This document shows positions 38,396-47,256 of a stretch of 64,000 bases of DNA, in pieces. Under the pieces are notes generated by a model. It was not told the DNA's origin. It saw only the letters and a list, made by a program, of their open reading frames with translations, and did not search any database. The position numbers were made by a program, and so were the translations under genes. The stretch comes from Vicinamibacteria bacterium. Its GTDB lineage: Bacteria > Acidobacteriota > Vicinamibacteria > Marinacidobacterales > Marinacidobacteraceae. The stretch lies in assembly GCA_963422395.1 (NCBI GenBank), contig OY729431.1:1344001-1408000 (forward strand), given 5' to 3'. Within the stretch, counting starts at the first letter, position 1. Every line of letters starts with the position of its first letter.

Positions 38396-39323
38396 GCTTT
38401 TCCCCCCGGCCGGGTTCCGACCAGGGGCAGACTTCGATGCAGATGCCGCAGCCGTAGGTCTTGGTGAAGTAGGGGGCGCACTTGTCGAAATCCACATACC
38501 AGCGCTTCTCGCCGCGCACCCACTGCTTTTCCTCGTGGATGGCGTCGGGCGGGCAGTCGAGGACGCAGCGGCGGCAGTGGACGCAGACATCGTCCACCCC
38601 GATGTCGCGCGGCCCGTCCTCGGCCAGCGGCATGTCGGTGAGGACGGCGGCGAGCCGGAAGTTGGATCCGTGCTCGCGGCTGATCATGGAGCCGTGCTTG
38701 CCGAGCTGGCCGAGCCCGGCCCGGATGGCGAGCGGAATGTGCAGGATGTGGGTGGCGTTCGGATCCCCGTATGCCTTGGCCGGAAATCCGCGGCGGCGGA
38801 CGGCTCGGGCGACCCGCATCGAAATCACCGCGATCTCGCGGTAGGCGCGCATCACTTCGGCGGCGGCGCGGGGCTCGGGCGCGTGGAGCATCTCGCGGCG
38901 CCGCATGGGGAGACCGAGGCATACCGCCTGGCGATACGGGGCACGTTTTCCCTCGAACACATCGCTGTCCTGGACGCTGGTGATCCCCACCAGGCTCGCC
39001 CCGGCTGCCTTCGCGACCTCCTTCATCCAGGCCGCGTTTTCTTCCGCACTCCGGGCAAGCTGCCGCCGAGCCACCGGCCCCCGCTCGGCTCGCAGCTGGA
39101 ACTTGTTGATGAGCCGATGCCGCACCACCTGCCAGGGGTTGAGGCACATGAAGAAGTCGTCGAGGCCCTGCCAGGCGATTTTTCGGTCAGGATCGGCGTT
39201 GTGGAAAACTTGGGAAGCGCGCCGCGGCTTCTCTTCTCCGAGGCCGTTGATCGCGTTTCCCGATGGCGGCGGTTTCCGGTAGCCGAAGGCGTACACCGGC
39301 GGCGGGGTGGTTCCGAGTTTCAT
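38319..39323 (-). CDS. Reductive dehalogenase-like / QueG-related cobalamin and 2x[4Fe-4S] protein
   Basis: KEVAKAAGASLVGI, AIRAGLGQLGKHG, FRLAAVLTDMPL, CVHCRRCVLDCP and C-x9-CGICIEVCPW. Confidence 0.82.
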   Translation of the reverse strand: MKLGTTPPPVYAFGYRKPPPSGNAINGLGEEKPRRASQVFHNADPDRKIAWQGLDDFFMCLNPWQVVRHRLINKFQLRAERGPVARRQLARSAEENAAWMKEVAKAAGASLVGITSVQDSDVFEGKRAPYRQAVCLGLPMRRREMLHAPEPRAAAEVMRAYREIAVISMRVARAVRRRGFPAKAYGDPNATHILHIPLAIRAGLGQLGKHGSMISREHGSNFRLAAVLTDMPLAEDGPRDIGVDDVCVHCRRCVLDCPPDAIHEEKQWVRGEKRWYVDFDKCAPYFTKTYGCGICIEVCPWSEPGRGEKLSDLMLKKRQRAQRDRPEQADSTSG

Positions 39324-39517
39324 CGGGGCGGCTCCTCGAATGGCCCGTCGTCGAGCCAGATCGTTCCCCCGCGGCGCTCGGCTTCCCGATACCGGCGCCG
39401 GACCCGCCGCGCCTTCGTGAAGTAGAGCCTCAGAAAACGGATCGCGATCGCCAGGTGGGTGAAGTCCCGGATCCTGCGGGCGAGAAAGCCCGTCAGGCCG
39501 CGCGAGGTCTCATCCAT
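39320..39517 (-). CDS. Small hypothetical protein coupled to the dehalogenase-like gene
   Basis: 65 aa; ATGA overlap with the downstream gene. Confidence 0.55.
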   Translation of the reverse strand: MDETSRGLTGFLARRIRDFTHLAIAIRFLRLYFTKARRVRRRYREAERRGGTIWLDDGPFEEPPR

Positions 39518-39621
39518 GCTGCGATTCTAGGCGGGAGCACTTGCGGTGAAGAATCCGGGCCGCTCTAGCGTAAGAGAAAGTACGAAAGGGCGGCTGCCGC
39601 CCGCTGGCCGCACAAACCGTT

Positions 39622-40197
39622 TTGACCATCGATTCCCGCCCCCGCCGCGACGAGGAGGAACAGGGGTGGATCCGGCGCTGCCGGAACGGAAGCCGCCGCG
39701 CTTACGAGCCTCTCGTCCGCCGTTACGGGGAGTGGGCCGAGGCCCACGCCCGACGCCGGGTCGGAGACCGTGAGGAGGCCAGGGATCTGGCCCAGGAGGC
39801 GTTCGTTCGCGCTTTCCACGCGCTGCCGCGCTTCCAGACCGGGCGCCCCTTCCTGCCCTGGTTCCTCGTCATCCTCGACCGCCTCTGCCTCGACTATCTC
39901 CGGCGGCGGCGGCCCACGGTGTGGATCGGCGACATCGCCGAACGCGCCAGCGACGGCGGGATGGGATCGCTCGACGACCGACTGGCCCTGGAGCAGGGCC
40001 TCCTGGAGCTTCCGGAGGGGCAGCGGTGGGTAGTGGTGCTCAAGGACATCGAAGGGTTCGCTCACCATGAGGTGGCCGAGCGGCTCGGAATTCCTGCGGG
40101 CACCGTGATGTCTCGGCTCCACTTGGCCCGCAGGCGGCTGCGGCGAGCCCTCACCGGATTGCGAAGTCGTCGAAAACGGAGGTTGACCGCGCCATGA
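39622..40197 (+). CDS. ECF RNA polymerase sigma factor
   Basis: Region 2 DLAQEAFVRAF..F..W; region 4 EVAERLGIPAGTVMSRLHLARRRL. Confidence 0.92.
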   Translation: MTIDSRPRRDEEEQGWIRRCRNGSRRAYEPLVRRYGEWAEAHARRRVGDREEARDLAQEAFVRAFHALPRFQTGRPFLPWFLVILDRLCLDYLRRRRPTVWIGDIAERASDGGMGSLDDRLALEQGLLELPEGQRWVVVLKDIEGFAHHEVAERLGIPAGTVMSRLHLARRRLRRALTGLRSRRKRRLTAP

Positions 40198-40565
40198 GCG
40201 AATCCCGAAACCACTTTCCCGCCGGCGCCTCGGGCCGGATCCCGGTGGATGCGCCCCAGGTGCGGAGCTCCGAGGCCCGTGCCGGCGACTGGGACGATGC
40301 GGCGCTCGACCGCTTCTGGCTCGGGGTGTATTCCCGCCTGGAACGCGGGCTCGCCTGGACCCTCGTCTCGGTCTCCGCTGCGGTTCTGTGCGGGTATTGG
40401 GCGTATGCGTTCGCCACCGAGTTCATGGTGGACTCCGGCGTGCATCTTCTGGTGCGCCTCGGGACCGCCGGGCTGCTTCTCGGCACCCTGCTTCTTCTGC
40501 TCGGCGTGGTCCGCAGGCGGATTCGCGCTCATGCCAACGATCCCTTCAGGAGGATTCGCCGATGA
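40194..40565 (+). CDS. Small two-TM protein, putative anti-sigma factor
   Basis: ATGA overlap with the ECF gene; RFWLGVYSRLERG, 2 TM helices, DPF end. Confidence 0.65.
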   Translation: MSESRNHFPAGASGRIPVDAPQVRSSEARAGDWDDAALDRFWLGVYSRLERGLAWTLVSVSAAVLCGYWAYAFATEFMVDSGVHLLVRLGTAGLLLGTLLLLLGVVRRRIRAHANDPFRRIRR

Positions 40566-40879
40566 TTCTGAGCACCACCAACGAAGCTCCCGGGAGCCAG
40601 ATCGTCGAGATCCTCGGCATCGCCCGCGGCAACACGATCCGCGCTCGGCATCTCGGGCGCGACATCCTCGCCGGCCTCAAGGGAGTGGTCGGCGGCGAGA
40701 TCGAGTCCTACACCAAACTGATGGCGGAGAGCCGCGAACAGGCCATCGCCCGAATGATCGAACACGCTGAATCGCTGGGGGCCGATGCGATCGTCGGAAT
40801 GAGGATCACGACTTCCATGGTCATGACCACCGCCGCCGAAATCCTCGCCTACGGCACCGCCGTCCGGCTGCGCCGCTAG
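40562..40879 (+). CDS. YbjQ/UPF0145 family protein
   Basis: GRDILAGLKGVVGGEIESYT, GADAIVGMR, YGTAV. Confidence 0.93.
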   Translation: MILSTTNEAPGSQIVEILGIARGNTIRARHLGRDILAGLKGVVGGEIESYTKLMAESREQAIARMIEHAESLGADAIVGMRITTSMVMTTAAEILAYGTAVRLRR

Positions 40880-41079
40880 CAGTCTGTGGACAAAGTCACA
40901 CGGCCAAAGGCCGGCGATGCCCGGTTCTCCCGGTGGGGGCCCCGGCTGAACCGCCCCGTTTCACGGCGCTCATCGTTGCGTTTCACTCGAAATACACCCG
41001 GTATTCCTCCCTCACGCGCCTTGCCAGCCGGGCGCCGCCCCGGTCTCGGTGCTCGCGCCACTTCATCCACGGGCTGCTA
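40877..41079. mobile_element. MITE-like element with 20-bp imperfect terminal inverted repeats
   Basis: tagcagtctgtggacaaagt ... acttcatccacgggctgcta (16/20 match); no ORF; related ends at 29867, 31771-31790, 44687 and 59852. Confidence 0.72.
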
Positions 41080-41082
41080 AGC

Positions 41083-41571
41083 GTGGCGGAAGACGCCGAG
41101 CCCGAGCGCGACTCCGGTCGGTTCTACGAGGACTTTCGGGTTGGCCAGCGGATCATCCACCCGCTGGGCCGCACGGTGTCCACCGCGGACAACGCCTGGT
41201 TCTCGCTCCTCACCCAGAATCAGAACCCTATCCACATAGACGCCCATTTCAGCGAACGGACTCTCTTCGGCAAGCCGCTCGTCAACTCCTGCCTGACCCT
41301 GGCGCTCGCTACCGGACAGTCGGTGCACGATCTCACCCGGAACGCAGTGGCCAACCTCGGATGGGAGGAAGTGCGGCTGCCAGCCCCGCTCTTCGAGGAG
41401 GACACCCTGTATTCGGAGAGTGAAGTGCTCGTAGCCCGCGAATCCCGCTCCCGTCCCGAAGCCGGGATCGTCACGGTCCGCACCACGGGTCGAAACCAGG
41501 AGGGCACCGTGGTGATCGAGTTTCGCCGCACCTTCCTCGTCTGGAAGCGCACCTGCGCTCCCAGGCCGTAG
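41083..41571 (+). CDS. MaoC family dehydratase
   Basis: GRFYEDF, LTQNQNPIHID, ANLGWEEV, TTGRNQEG. Confidence 0.92.
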   Translation: MAEDAEPERDSGRFYEDFRVGQRIIHPLGRTVSTADNAWFSLLTQNQNPIHIDAHFSERTLFGKPLVNSCLTLALATGQSVHDLTRNAVANLGWEEVRLPAPLFEEDTLYSESEVLVARESRSRPEAGIVTVRTTGRNQEGTVVIEFRRTFLVWKRTCAPRP

Positions 41572-41647
41572 CGGGCGCCTCCGCCTTCGGCGGGTTCTCC
41601 CTCGGCTTGGCGGGCGCCTGAACCATCGAAATCTTGAGCACGCGACC

Positions 41648-42868
41648 GTGCCTTTTCCTGCTGACGACAGCGCGCGGGTGACGCTCGACGGCTTCCTCGA
41701 CGAAATCGCCCGCTGGCGGCGATACGGCAAACCGACTCGAGTCGAAGAGCAAGCCGGCATTCCCGAGTTCGCGAACGAGTTCTGGACTTCGAGGCAACGC
41801 GCCGCGCACTCCCTGCACGAGATCTCCTACCGGGCCTGTTTCAAGCCGCAGCTGCCCCGTTTCTTCATCAGCAGGCTCACGGACCCGGGAGAAGTGGTCT
41901 TCGACCCTTTCATGGGTCGGGGGACGACGGTGCTCGAGGCGGCACTTCTCGGGAGGGGGGTGCTCGGGAACGACATCAATCCCTTGTCCAGAATGCTTCT
42001 CGAACCGAGGCTGCATCCTCCGTCGCTGCCCGAAGTGGAAGCGAGGCTCGATGCGCTTCCGCTCGATGGGCCGGCGGCGTCCCCGGACGGCTTCGAGGTG
42101 TTCTTCGAAGAACGGACTCTTCGCCAGATCTGCCGGCTGCGCGATTACCTGCTCGACCGGGAAGCCGCCGGAGCGTCCGATATCGTGGATCGCTGGATTC
42201 GGATGACGGCGGTCAACCGCCTGACCGGGCATTCCCCGGGGTTCTTTTCCGTCTATACGCTCCCGCCGAACCAGGCAGTCTCCATCGAGAGCCAGCGCAG
42301 AAACAACGAGCGCCGGCAGCAGCAACCGGAATACCGCGATGTGAAGCGGCTGATCCTGAGAAAGACGTATTCCCTGCTGAAGGACCTCGGGGATCGCGCT
42401 CCCGCCGCGGCGTATCGATGTTTCTTCCAGCAGTCGGTCGAAGAGCCATTCGCCTACGACGGGCCGCCGGTCGCGCTCGCGGTCACCTCGCCGCCGTTTC
42501 TCGACACGGTGGATTACCAAGCGGACAACTGGATGCGCTGCTGGTTCGCGGGCATCGACCCCGAGGGCCTCGGAATCACGCAGACCGGCCGCCTCGCAAG
42601 TTGGACGGAACTCGTGCGCGCCGCGCTCGAGCACGGGGCCGCGATCTCCCGGCCCGGGGGGGCGTTCGCATTCGAAGTCGGCGAGATCCGCAAGGGGTCG
42701 CTGCTCCTGGATCGGGTCGTCGCCGAGGTGGCGGGGCAGACGCCGTGGGAGCCGGTCGCGGTGATCGTGAACGAGCAGACTTTCACGAAGACTTCGAATA
42801 CTTGGGGTATCTCCAACAATCGGAAAGGCACGAACTCGAATCGGATCGTCCTGATGCGCCGCCGCTGA
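41648..42868 (+). CDS. Orphan DNA methyltransferase (amino-MTase, probably N4-cytosine)
   Basis: FDPFMGRGTT (motif I) precedes VTSPPF (motif IV); no adjacent endonuclease. Confidence 0.88.
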   Translation: MPFPADDSARVTLDGFLDEIARWRRYGKPTRVEEQAGIPEFANEFWTSRQRAAHSLHEISYRACFKPQLPRFFISRLTDPGEVVFDPFMGRGTTVLEAALLGRGVLGNDINPLSRMLLEPRLHPPSLPEVEARLDALPLDGPAASPDGFEVFFEERTLRQICRLRDYLLDREAAGASDIVDRWIRMTAVNRLTGHSPGFFSVYTLPPNQAVSIESQRRNNERRQQQPEYRDVKRLILRKTYSLLKDLGDRAPAAAYRCFFQQSVEEPFAYDGPPVALAVTSPPFLDTVDYQADNWMRCWFAGIDPEGLGITQTGRLASWTELVRAALEHGAAISRPGGAFAFEVGEIRKGSLLLDRVVAEVAGQTPWEPVAVIVNEQTFTKTSNTWGISNNRKGTNSNRIVLMRRR

Positions 42869-42892
42869 CGGCGGGGCCGGCCGCGGCGATGG

Positions 42893-44590
42893 TCAGCGGT
42901 AGGAGCTGCGCGGCGCGAGCCCGCGGAGCGACTCCACGATGCGCCGGCTCTCCGCTGGAGGAGGGCCGGTAAGGCGGCTGACCAGCCAAGTGGTAGCGAA
43001 GTTGAGCACCATCCCCAGCGTGCCGATTCCTTCGGGACTGATCCCGAACCACCAGGATTCCGGGCCGCTCCACTCGAACACCTTGAACCAGCCGATATAG
43101 AGAGCGGTGCAAGTGGTTCCGGCGATCATTCCCGCCACCGCGCCTTGCGGAGTGACCCAGGTCGAAAAGACCCCCAGCACCAGCACCGGGAAGAAGCTGG
43201 CGGCCGCGAGGCCGAAGGCGAAGGCGACGACGGCGGCCACATAGTCGGGTGGATAGATCCCCACCACGATCGCCACCACCACCGCGAAGGCGGCGGAGAG
43301 CCGGGCCGCTCGGAGTTCCGCCCGTTCGGACATCCCTGGCCTCCAGAAGCCCTTCAGCAGGTCATGGGAGATGGACGCCGAGATCACCAGCAACAGCCCC
43401 GCTGCGGTGGAGAGCGCCGCCGCGAGGCCCCCGGCAGCGACGAGCCCGACCACCCACGCCGGCAACTCCGCGATCTCCGGGTTGGCGAGCACCATGATGT
43501 CGCGATCGATCATCAGTTCGGCCCCTGCGCCTTCGCCGTACTGGATGAGGCCATCGCCGTTTCGGTCGGTGAACCGGATGAGCCCGGTCGCCTCCCAGTT
43601 GCGGAACCAGTCCGGGGCCTCCGCTGCCGGGATGCCATGCAGCGTCTGGATCATGTTGACCCGTGCGAACGCGGCCACCGCCGGCGCCGTCGTGTAGAGG
43701 ATGGCGATGAAGAAGAGCGCCCACAGCACGCTCCAGCGGGCGAGCCGGGCGCTCTTCACCGTGTAGAAGCGGATCAGAACATGGGGAAGTCCGGCGGTTC
43801 CCGCCATCAGGGCGAGCGTGATGGCGAACACATCGGGCAGCGTCTTCTTCCCGGCGAGGAAGGCGCCGGTGTATTCCGGCAGGCCCAGATCGGTGTGGAT
43901 CTGGTCGATGGCGCGCAGCAGCGCCACCCCGGCGCGTTCTCCCTCGATCAGTGGGGAGCCGAAGCCGATCTGCGGGATCGGAGTTCCGGTCATCATCCAG
44001 GAGATCGCCCCGGCGGGAATCAGGAAGGCGGCGATCAGGACACAGTATTGGGCGACCTGGGTATAGGTGATCCCCCGCATCCCGCCGAGGGTCGCGTAGA
44101 GCAGGACGATTCCTCCCCCGATCACCACCCCGTATTCGACCGGAATCGTGAGAAAGCGTGAAAAGACGACCCCCACGCCGCGCATCTGTCCGGCGATATA
44201 GGTGAACGAGAGGAACACCGCGCAGACCACCGCGGTGAGCCGGGCGGCCTGCGAGGCGTAGCGGTCTCCGACGAATTCGGGGATCGTGTAGCGCCCGTAA
44301 CGACGGAGATAGGGCGCCACCAGCAGTGCGAGCAGGACATAGCCGCCGGTCCAACCCATGAGGTAGATCGCACCGTCGTACCCCATGAAAGAGATGAGCC
44401 CCGCCATCGAGATGAAGGAGGCGGCGCTCATCCAATCCGCTCCGGTCGCCATCCCGTTGGCCACCGCCGAGACGCCCCGCCCCGCTACATAGAAGCCCGC
44501 GGTCGTCCCGACCCGGCTCGCCACCGCGATGCCGCTGTAGAGCGCGAAGCTGCCGAGGACGAAAACGAGGGTCCAGCCGGCGATGTCCAC
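42893..44590 (-). CDS. Sodium:solute symporter (ActP-like cation/acetate symporter)
   Basis: NGMATGADWMSAASFISMAG, GTAGLPHVLIRFYTV, AAALSTAAGLL; about 13 TM helices. Confidence 0.93.
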   Translation of the reverse strand: MDIAGWTLVFVLGSFALYSGIAVASRVGTTAGFYVAGRGVSAVANGMATGADWMSAASFISMAGLISFMGYDGAIYLMGWTGGYVLLALLVAPYLRRYGRYTIPEFVGDRYASQAARLTAVVCAVFLSFTYIAGQMRGVGVVFSRFLTIPVEYGVVIGGGIVLLYATLGGMRGITYTQVAQYCVLIAAFLIPAGAISWMMTGTPIPQIGFGSPLIEGERAGVALLRAIDQIHTDLGLPEYTGAFLAGKKTLPDVFAITLALMAGTAGLPHVLIRFYTVKSARLARWSVLWALFFIAILYTTAPAVAAFARVNMIQTLHGIPAAEAPDWFRNWEATGLIRFTDRNGDGLIQYGEGAGAELMIDRDIMVLANPEIAELPAWVVGLVAAGGLAAALSTAAGLLLVISASISHDLLKGFWRPGMSERAELRAARLSAAFAVVVAIVVGIYPPDYVAAVVAFAFGLAAASFFPVLVLGVFSTWVTPQGAVAGMIAGTTCTALYIGWFKVFEWSGPESWWFGISPEGIGTLGMVLNFATTWLVSRLTGPPPAESRRIVESLRGLAPRSSYR

Positions 44591-44685
44591 GGTGACTCGG
44601 CGACGGCTTCGCTATCGGTGACCTTCGACAGGTCGTTCCTGCGAGCCCGATGCCCGCAGCTCATGCGTATCCACGATTCCCCAGC

Positions 44686-44737
44686 CTAGCAGTCTGTGGG
44701 CAAGGTGCCGGAGAACTTGGTGGGTTTGCACAGCTAG
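44686..44737. repeat. Internally deleted copy of the MITE
   Basis: tagcagtctgtgggcaaggt is 18/20 identical to the left TIR at 40877; bounded by ctag on both sides. Confidence 0.6.
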
Positions 44738-45846
44738 ATCATGAGGCGCAGCCCGTCGTGGGCGCGCTCGAAGGCGAGATCACCGGCCTGCAGCACCTCT
44801 TCCCCGGTGTGGACCAGCAGCACTCGCCGGGCGGTGATCTCCCCGGCGGCGCCCGCCAGCTCGGCGTACGAGGTGTGGCCCGGACGGGAAGCTTCGAGCG
44901 AGGAGCACTCGTGGATCAACAGGTCCGCGGCGGCGGATGCGGCGACCACGCGGGCGGTGAACCCGGTGTCTCCGGAATACACGATGGTCCTGCCGCCCAT
45001 CCGCAGGGTCCAGCCGAATGCCCACGCTGCCGGTTGGTGGTCGGCCGGGAAGGGGACGGCGGCACCGGCTCCTGTGGTCCCGGGCAGCAGGACCTGTTCT
45101 CCCGGAAGGACTTCGCGAATCTCTTCGGGGAAGCGGACCGGGAGCTCGCGGTAGAGGCAATTCCGGAGTTCCCGAATTCGCTCCGGCGCTCCCGGTGGTG
45201 CGAACACCGCGAGCGGTTCCCGGCGTCCGCTGCGCAGTGCGTCGAGTTCGAGAAACGGGAATCCGCCGAAGTGGTCGCCGTGGAAATGGGAAAGCACCAC
45301 TGCGGCGAGATCGTCGCTCGCAAGGCCCTCCTGCCGGAGGGCCGCATGGCAGCCCGGGCCGGCGTCGAGCAGCACCCCCCGGGGCCGCCCGCAGGCGCGG
45401 AGGAAGATCGCCGCTTGGCGTTTTCCTCCGGAGCCGAACGCATCGCCGGTCCCCAGAAAGAGGACTTCGACCCCGCTGGCACCGTGCGTTTCCGCGGGAT
45501 CCGGCGCTTTGCCGCCCTCCGCCGAAGCTCCGCCCGTGGCGGCTGCCTTTCGCTGGCATCGCCGACAGACGAAGGGCCGTCGGGAGTCGCCTTCGGCTTC
45601 GGGATCCCCGATCCGTTCGCACCGCCGGCAACTCGTCAGCTGCGCTCGCGGCAGCGAACCGCGATACCGCTCCAGTAGGCCCGCGACGAAGAAGGCGATC
45701 TCCGCGCGGTCGCCGGCGGCGAAGAACCGCGAGTCCTCGATCGGGTCTTCCTCGGCGCGGGGCCGGACGGTCAGTCGAACCTCGACCGTGCGTTCTTCTC
45801 CATCGGCCTCGTCGGCGTCGGCGACGATCCGGATTTCGAGGGACAA
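44734..45846 (-). CDS. MBL-fold metallo-hydrolase (RNase Z/BN-like) with N-terminal CxxC-CxxC domain
   Basis: GTGDAFGSGG, SHFHGDHFGG, YSGDT, HE; N-terminal CRRC...CRRC. Confidence 0.85.
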   Translation of the reverse strand: MSLEIRIVADADEADGEERTVEVRLTVRPRAEEDPIEDSRFFAAGDRAEIAFFVAGLLERYRGSLPRAQLTSCRRCERIGDPEAEGDSRRPFVCRRCQRKAAATGGASAEGGKAPDPAETHGASGVEVLFLGTGDAFGSGGKRQAAIFLRACGRPRGVLLDAGPGCHAALRQEGLASDDLAAVVLSHFHGDHFGGFPFLELDALRSGRREPLAVFAPPGAPERIRELRNCLYRELPVRFPEEIREVLPGEQVLLPGTTGAGAAVPFPADHQPAAWAFGWTLRMGGRTIVYSGDTGFTARVVAASAAADLLIHECSSLEASRPGHTSYAELAGAAGEITARRVLLVHTGEEVLQAGDLAFERAHDGLRLMI

Positions 45847-45869
45847 AGTTCCGGGGTGGTCTGCTCGGG

Positions 45870-46736
45870 TCAGCCGGCGCCCGGCAGCCAGACGAGGTCT
45901 CGTTCCGGGTCGAAGGGCCGGGCGAGCCCCGCCGGACGGTATCCCCGAAGGTCCACTGCCACCCGACGGTAGCCCACCGCCTCGAGGCCCCTGGCGAGCC
46001 GGGTGCCGACCGGCGGGTCGAGCGCGCGGGAGATCTCTTCCGGGGCGAGCTCGATACGGGCCATCGCGCCGTGGTGGCGGACCCGAAAACCCGAGAACCC
46101 GAGCCCCCGCAGGATTTCTTCCCCGGCCTCTACCTGACGCAGGACGCTGGTGCTGATCCGGACCGGCGCAGGCACCCGCGAGGCGAGGCAGGCGGAAGCG
46201 GGCTCCTCGGCAACCGGAAGATCGAGGCTGCGGGCCAGCCCCCGGATTTCCTGTTTGCCGAGCCCGGCTTCGAGCAGCGGCGAGCGGACTCCGAAGAGCG
46301 CCGCCGCCCGTCGTCCGGGGCGGACATCACCGGTATCTTCGGCGTTCGTGCCGTCGAGAACCGCGGCGTAGCCGCGTTCGTCGGCCAGCCGGCGGAGTCG
46401 GGCGTAGAGCTCCTGCTTGCAGAAGAAGCAGCGGTCCGGGCCGTTCTGCTGGTAGCCGTCCTCGGCCATCTCGTCGGTGGAGACCCATTCGTGGGGCATC
46501 GGGTGACGGGCGAGCACCCGGCGGACGAGCGTCTGCTGGTGTTCCGAGAGGCTCGGGCTGACTCCGGTCACCGCAAGGCTCCGCTGCCCGAGCAGCCGGT
46601 GGGACAGGACCGAAAGAGTGGCGCTGTCCACTCCTCCGCTGAGCGACACGACCGCCGAACCGCATCTGGAAAGCACCTGTTCGAGCACTGCGCGCTTTTC
46701 GGCGAGCGACGGGCTCGTTGCCCGGTCAGGCGGCAT
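45870..46736 (-). CDS. larE: ATP-dependent sulfur transferase LarE
   Basis: PP-loop SGGVDS, DRCFFCK, DGTN, RPG, ACLASR, RVRHHG. Confidence 0.92.
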   Translation of the reverse strand: MPPDRATSPSLAEKRAVLEQVLSRCGSAVVSLSGGVDSATLSVLSHRLLGQRSLAVTGVSPSLSEHQQTLVRRVLARHPMPHEWVSTDEMAEDGYQQNGPDRCFFCKQELYARLRRLADERGYAAVLDGTNAEDTGDVRPGRRAAALFGVRSPLLEAGLGKQEIRGLARSLDLPVAEEPASACLASRVPAPVRISTSVLRQVEAGEEILRGLGFSGFRVRHHGAMARIELAPEEISRALDPPVGTRLARGLEAVGYRRVAVDLRGYRPAGLARPFDPERDLVWLPGAG

Positions 46737-47256
46737 CGTCTGCCTTCCAGGTCCCGCTCACGCCGCCGCGTTTTTCGAGGAGCCGGATCGAGGTGACCAC
46801 CATCGTGCGGTCGAGAGCTTTCAGCATGTCGTACACGGTGAGGGCGGCGATCGAGGCCGCGGTGAGCGCTTCCATCTCGGCGCCGGTCGAAGCCCGGCAC
46901 CGTATCCGGGCAACGATCCGTACGCCGCGCTCCTCGAATTCGGCCCGCACTCCGATGTGATCGAGCGGCAGCGGATGGCAGAGCGGGATGAGCGACGGGC
47001 ACGCTTTCGCGGCCTGGATTCCGGCGATGCGGGCGGTCTCGATCACGCTTCCCTTGGGGGCGTTCCCGCGCCGGGCGATCTCGAGCGCCGCCTCGGAAAC
47101 GGAAACGAAGGCTTCGGCGGCCGCCTCCCGGACGGTGACCGGCTTCGCACTCACATCCACCATCCGGGCCGCTCCGCCCGGGTCCAGGTGGCTCAGGGTC
47201 TTCGGTTTCCGGAGTTCGTGGCGCCGGGCTTCGCCGCTTGGCGGAGGATCGATCAT
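46726..47256 (-). CDS. moaC: Cyclic pyranopterin monophosphate synthase MoaC
   Basis: LSHLD..MVDVSAK, LIPLCHPL, TGAEMEALT, YDMLKA, EKRGG. Confidence 0.95.
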   Translation of the reverse strand: MIDPPPSGEARRHELRKPKTLSHLDPGGAARMVDVSAKPVTVREAAAEAFVSVSEAALEIARRGNAPKGSVIETARIAGIQAAKACPSLIPLCHPLPLDHIGVRAEFEERGVRIVARIRCRASTGAEMEALTAASIAALTVYDMLKALDRTMVVTSIRLLEKRGGVSGTWKADDAA

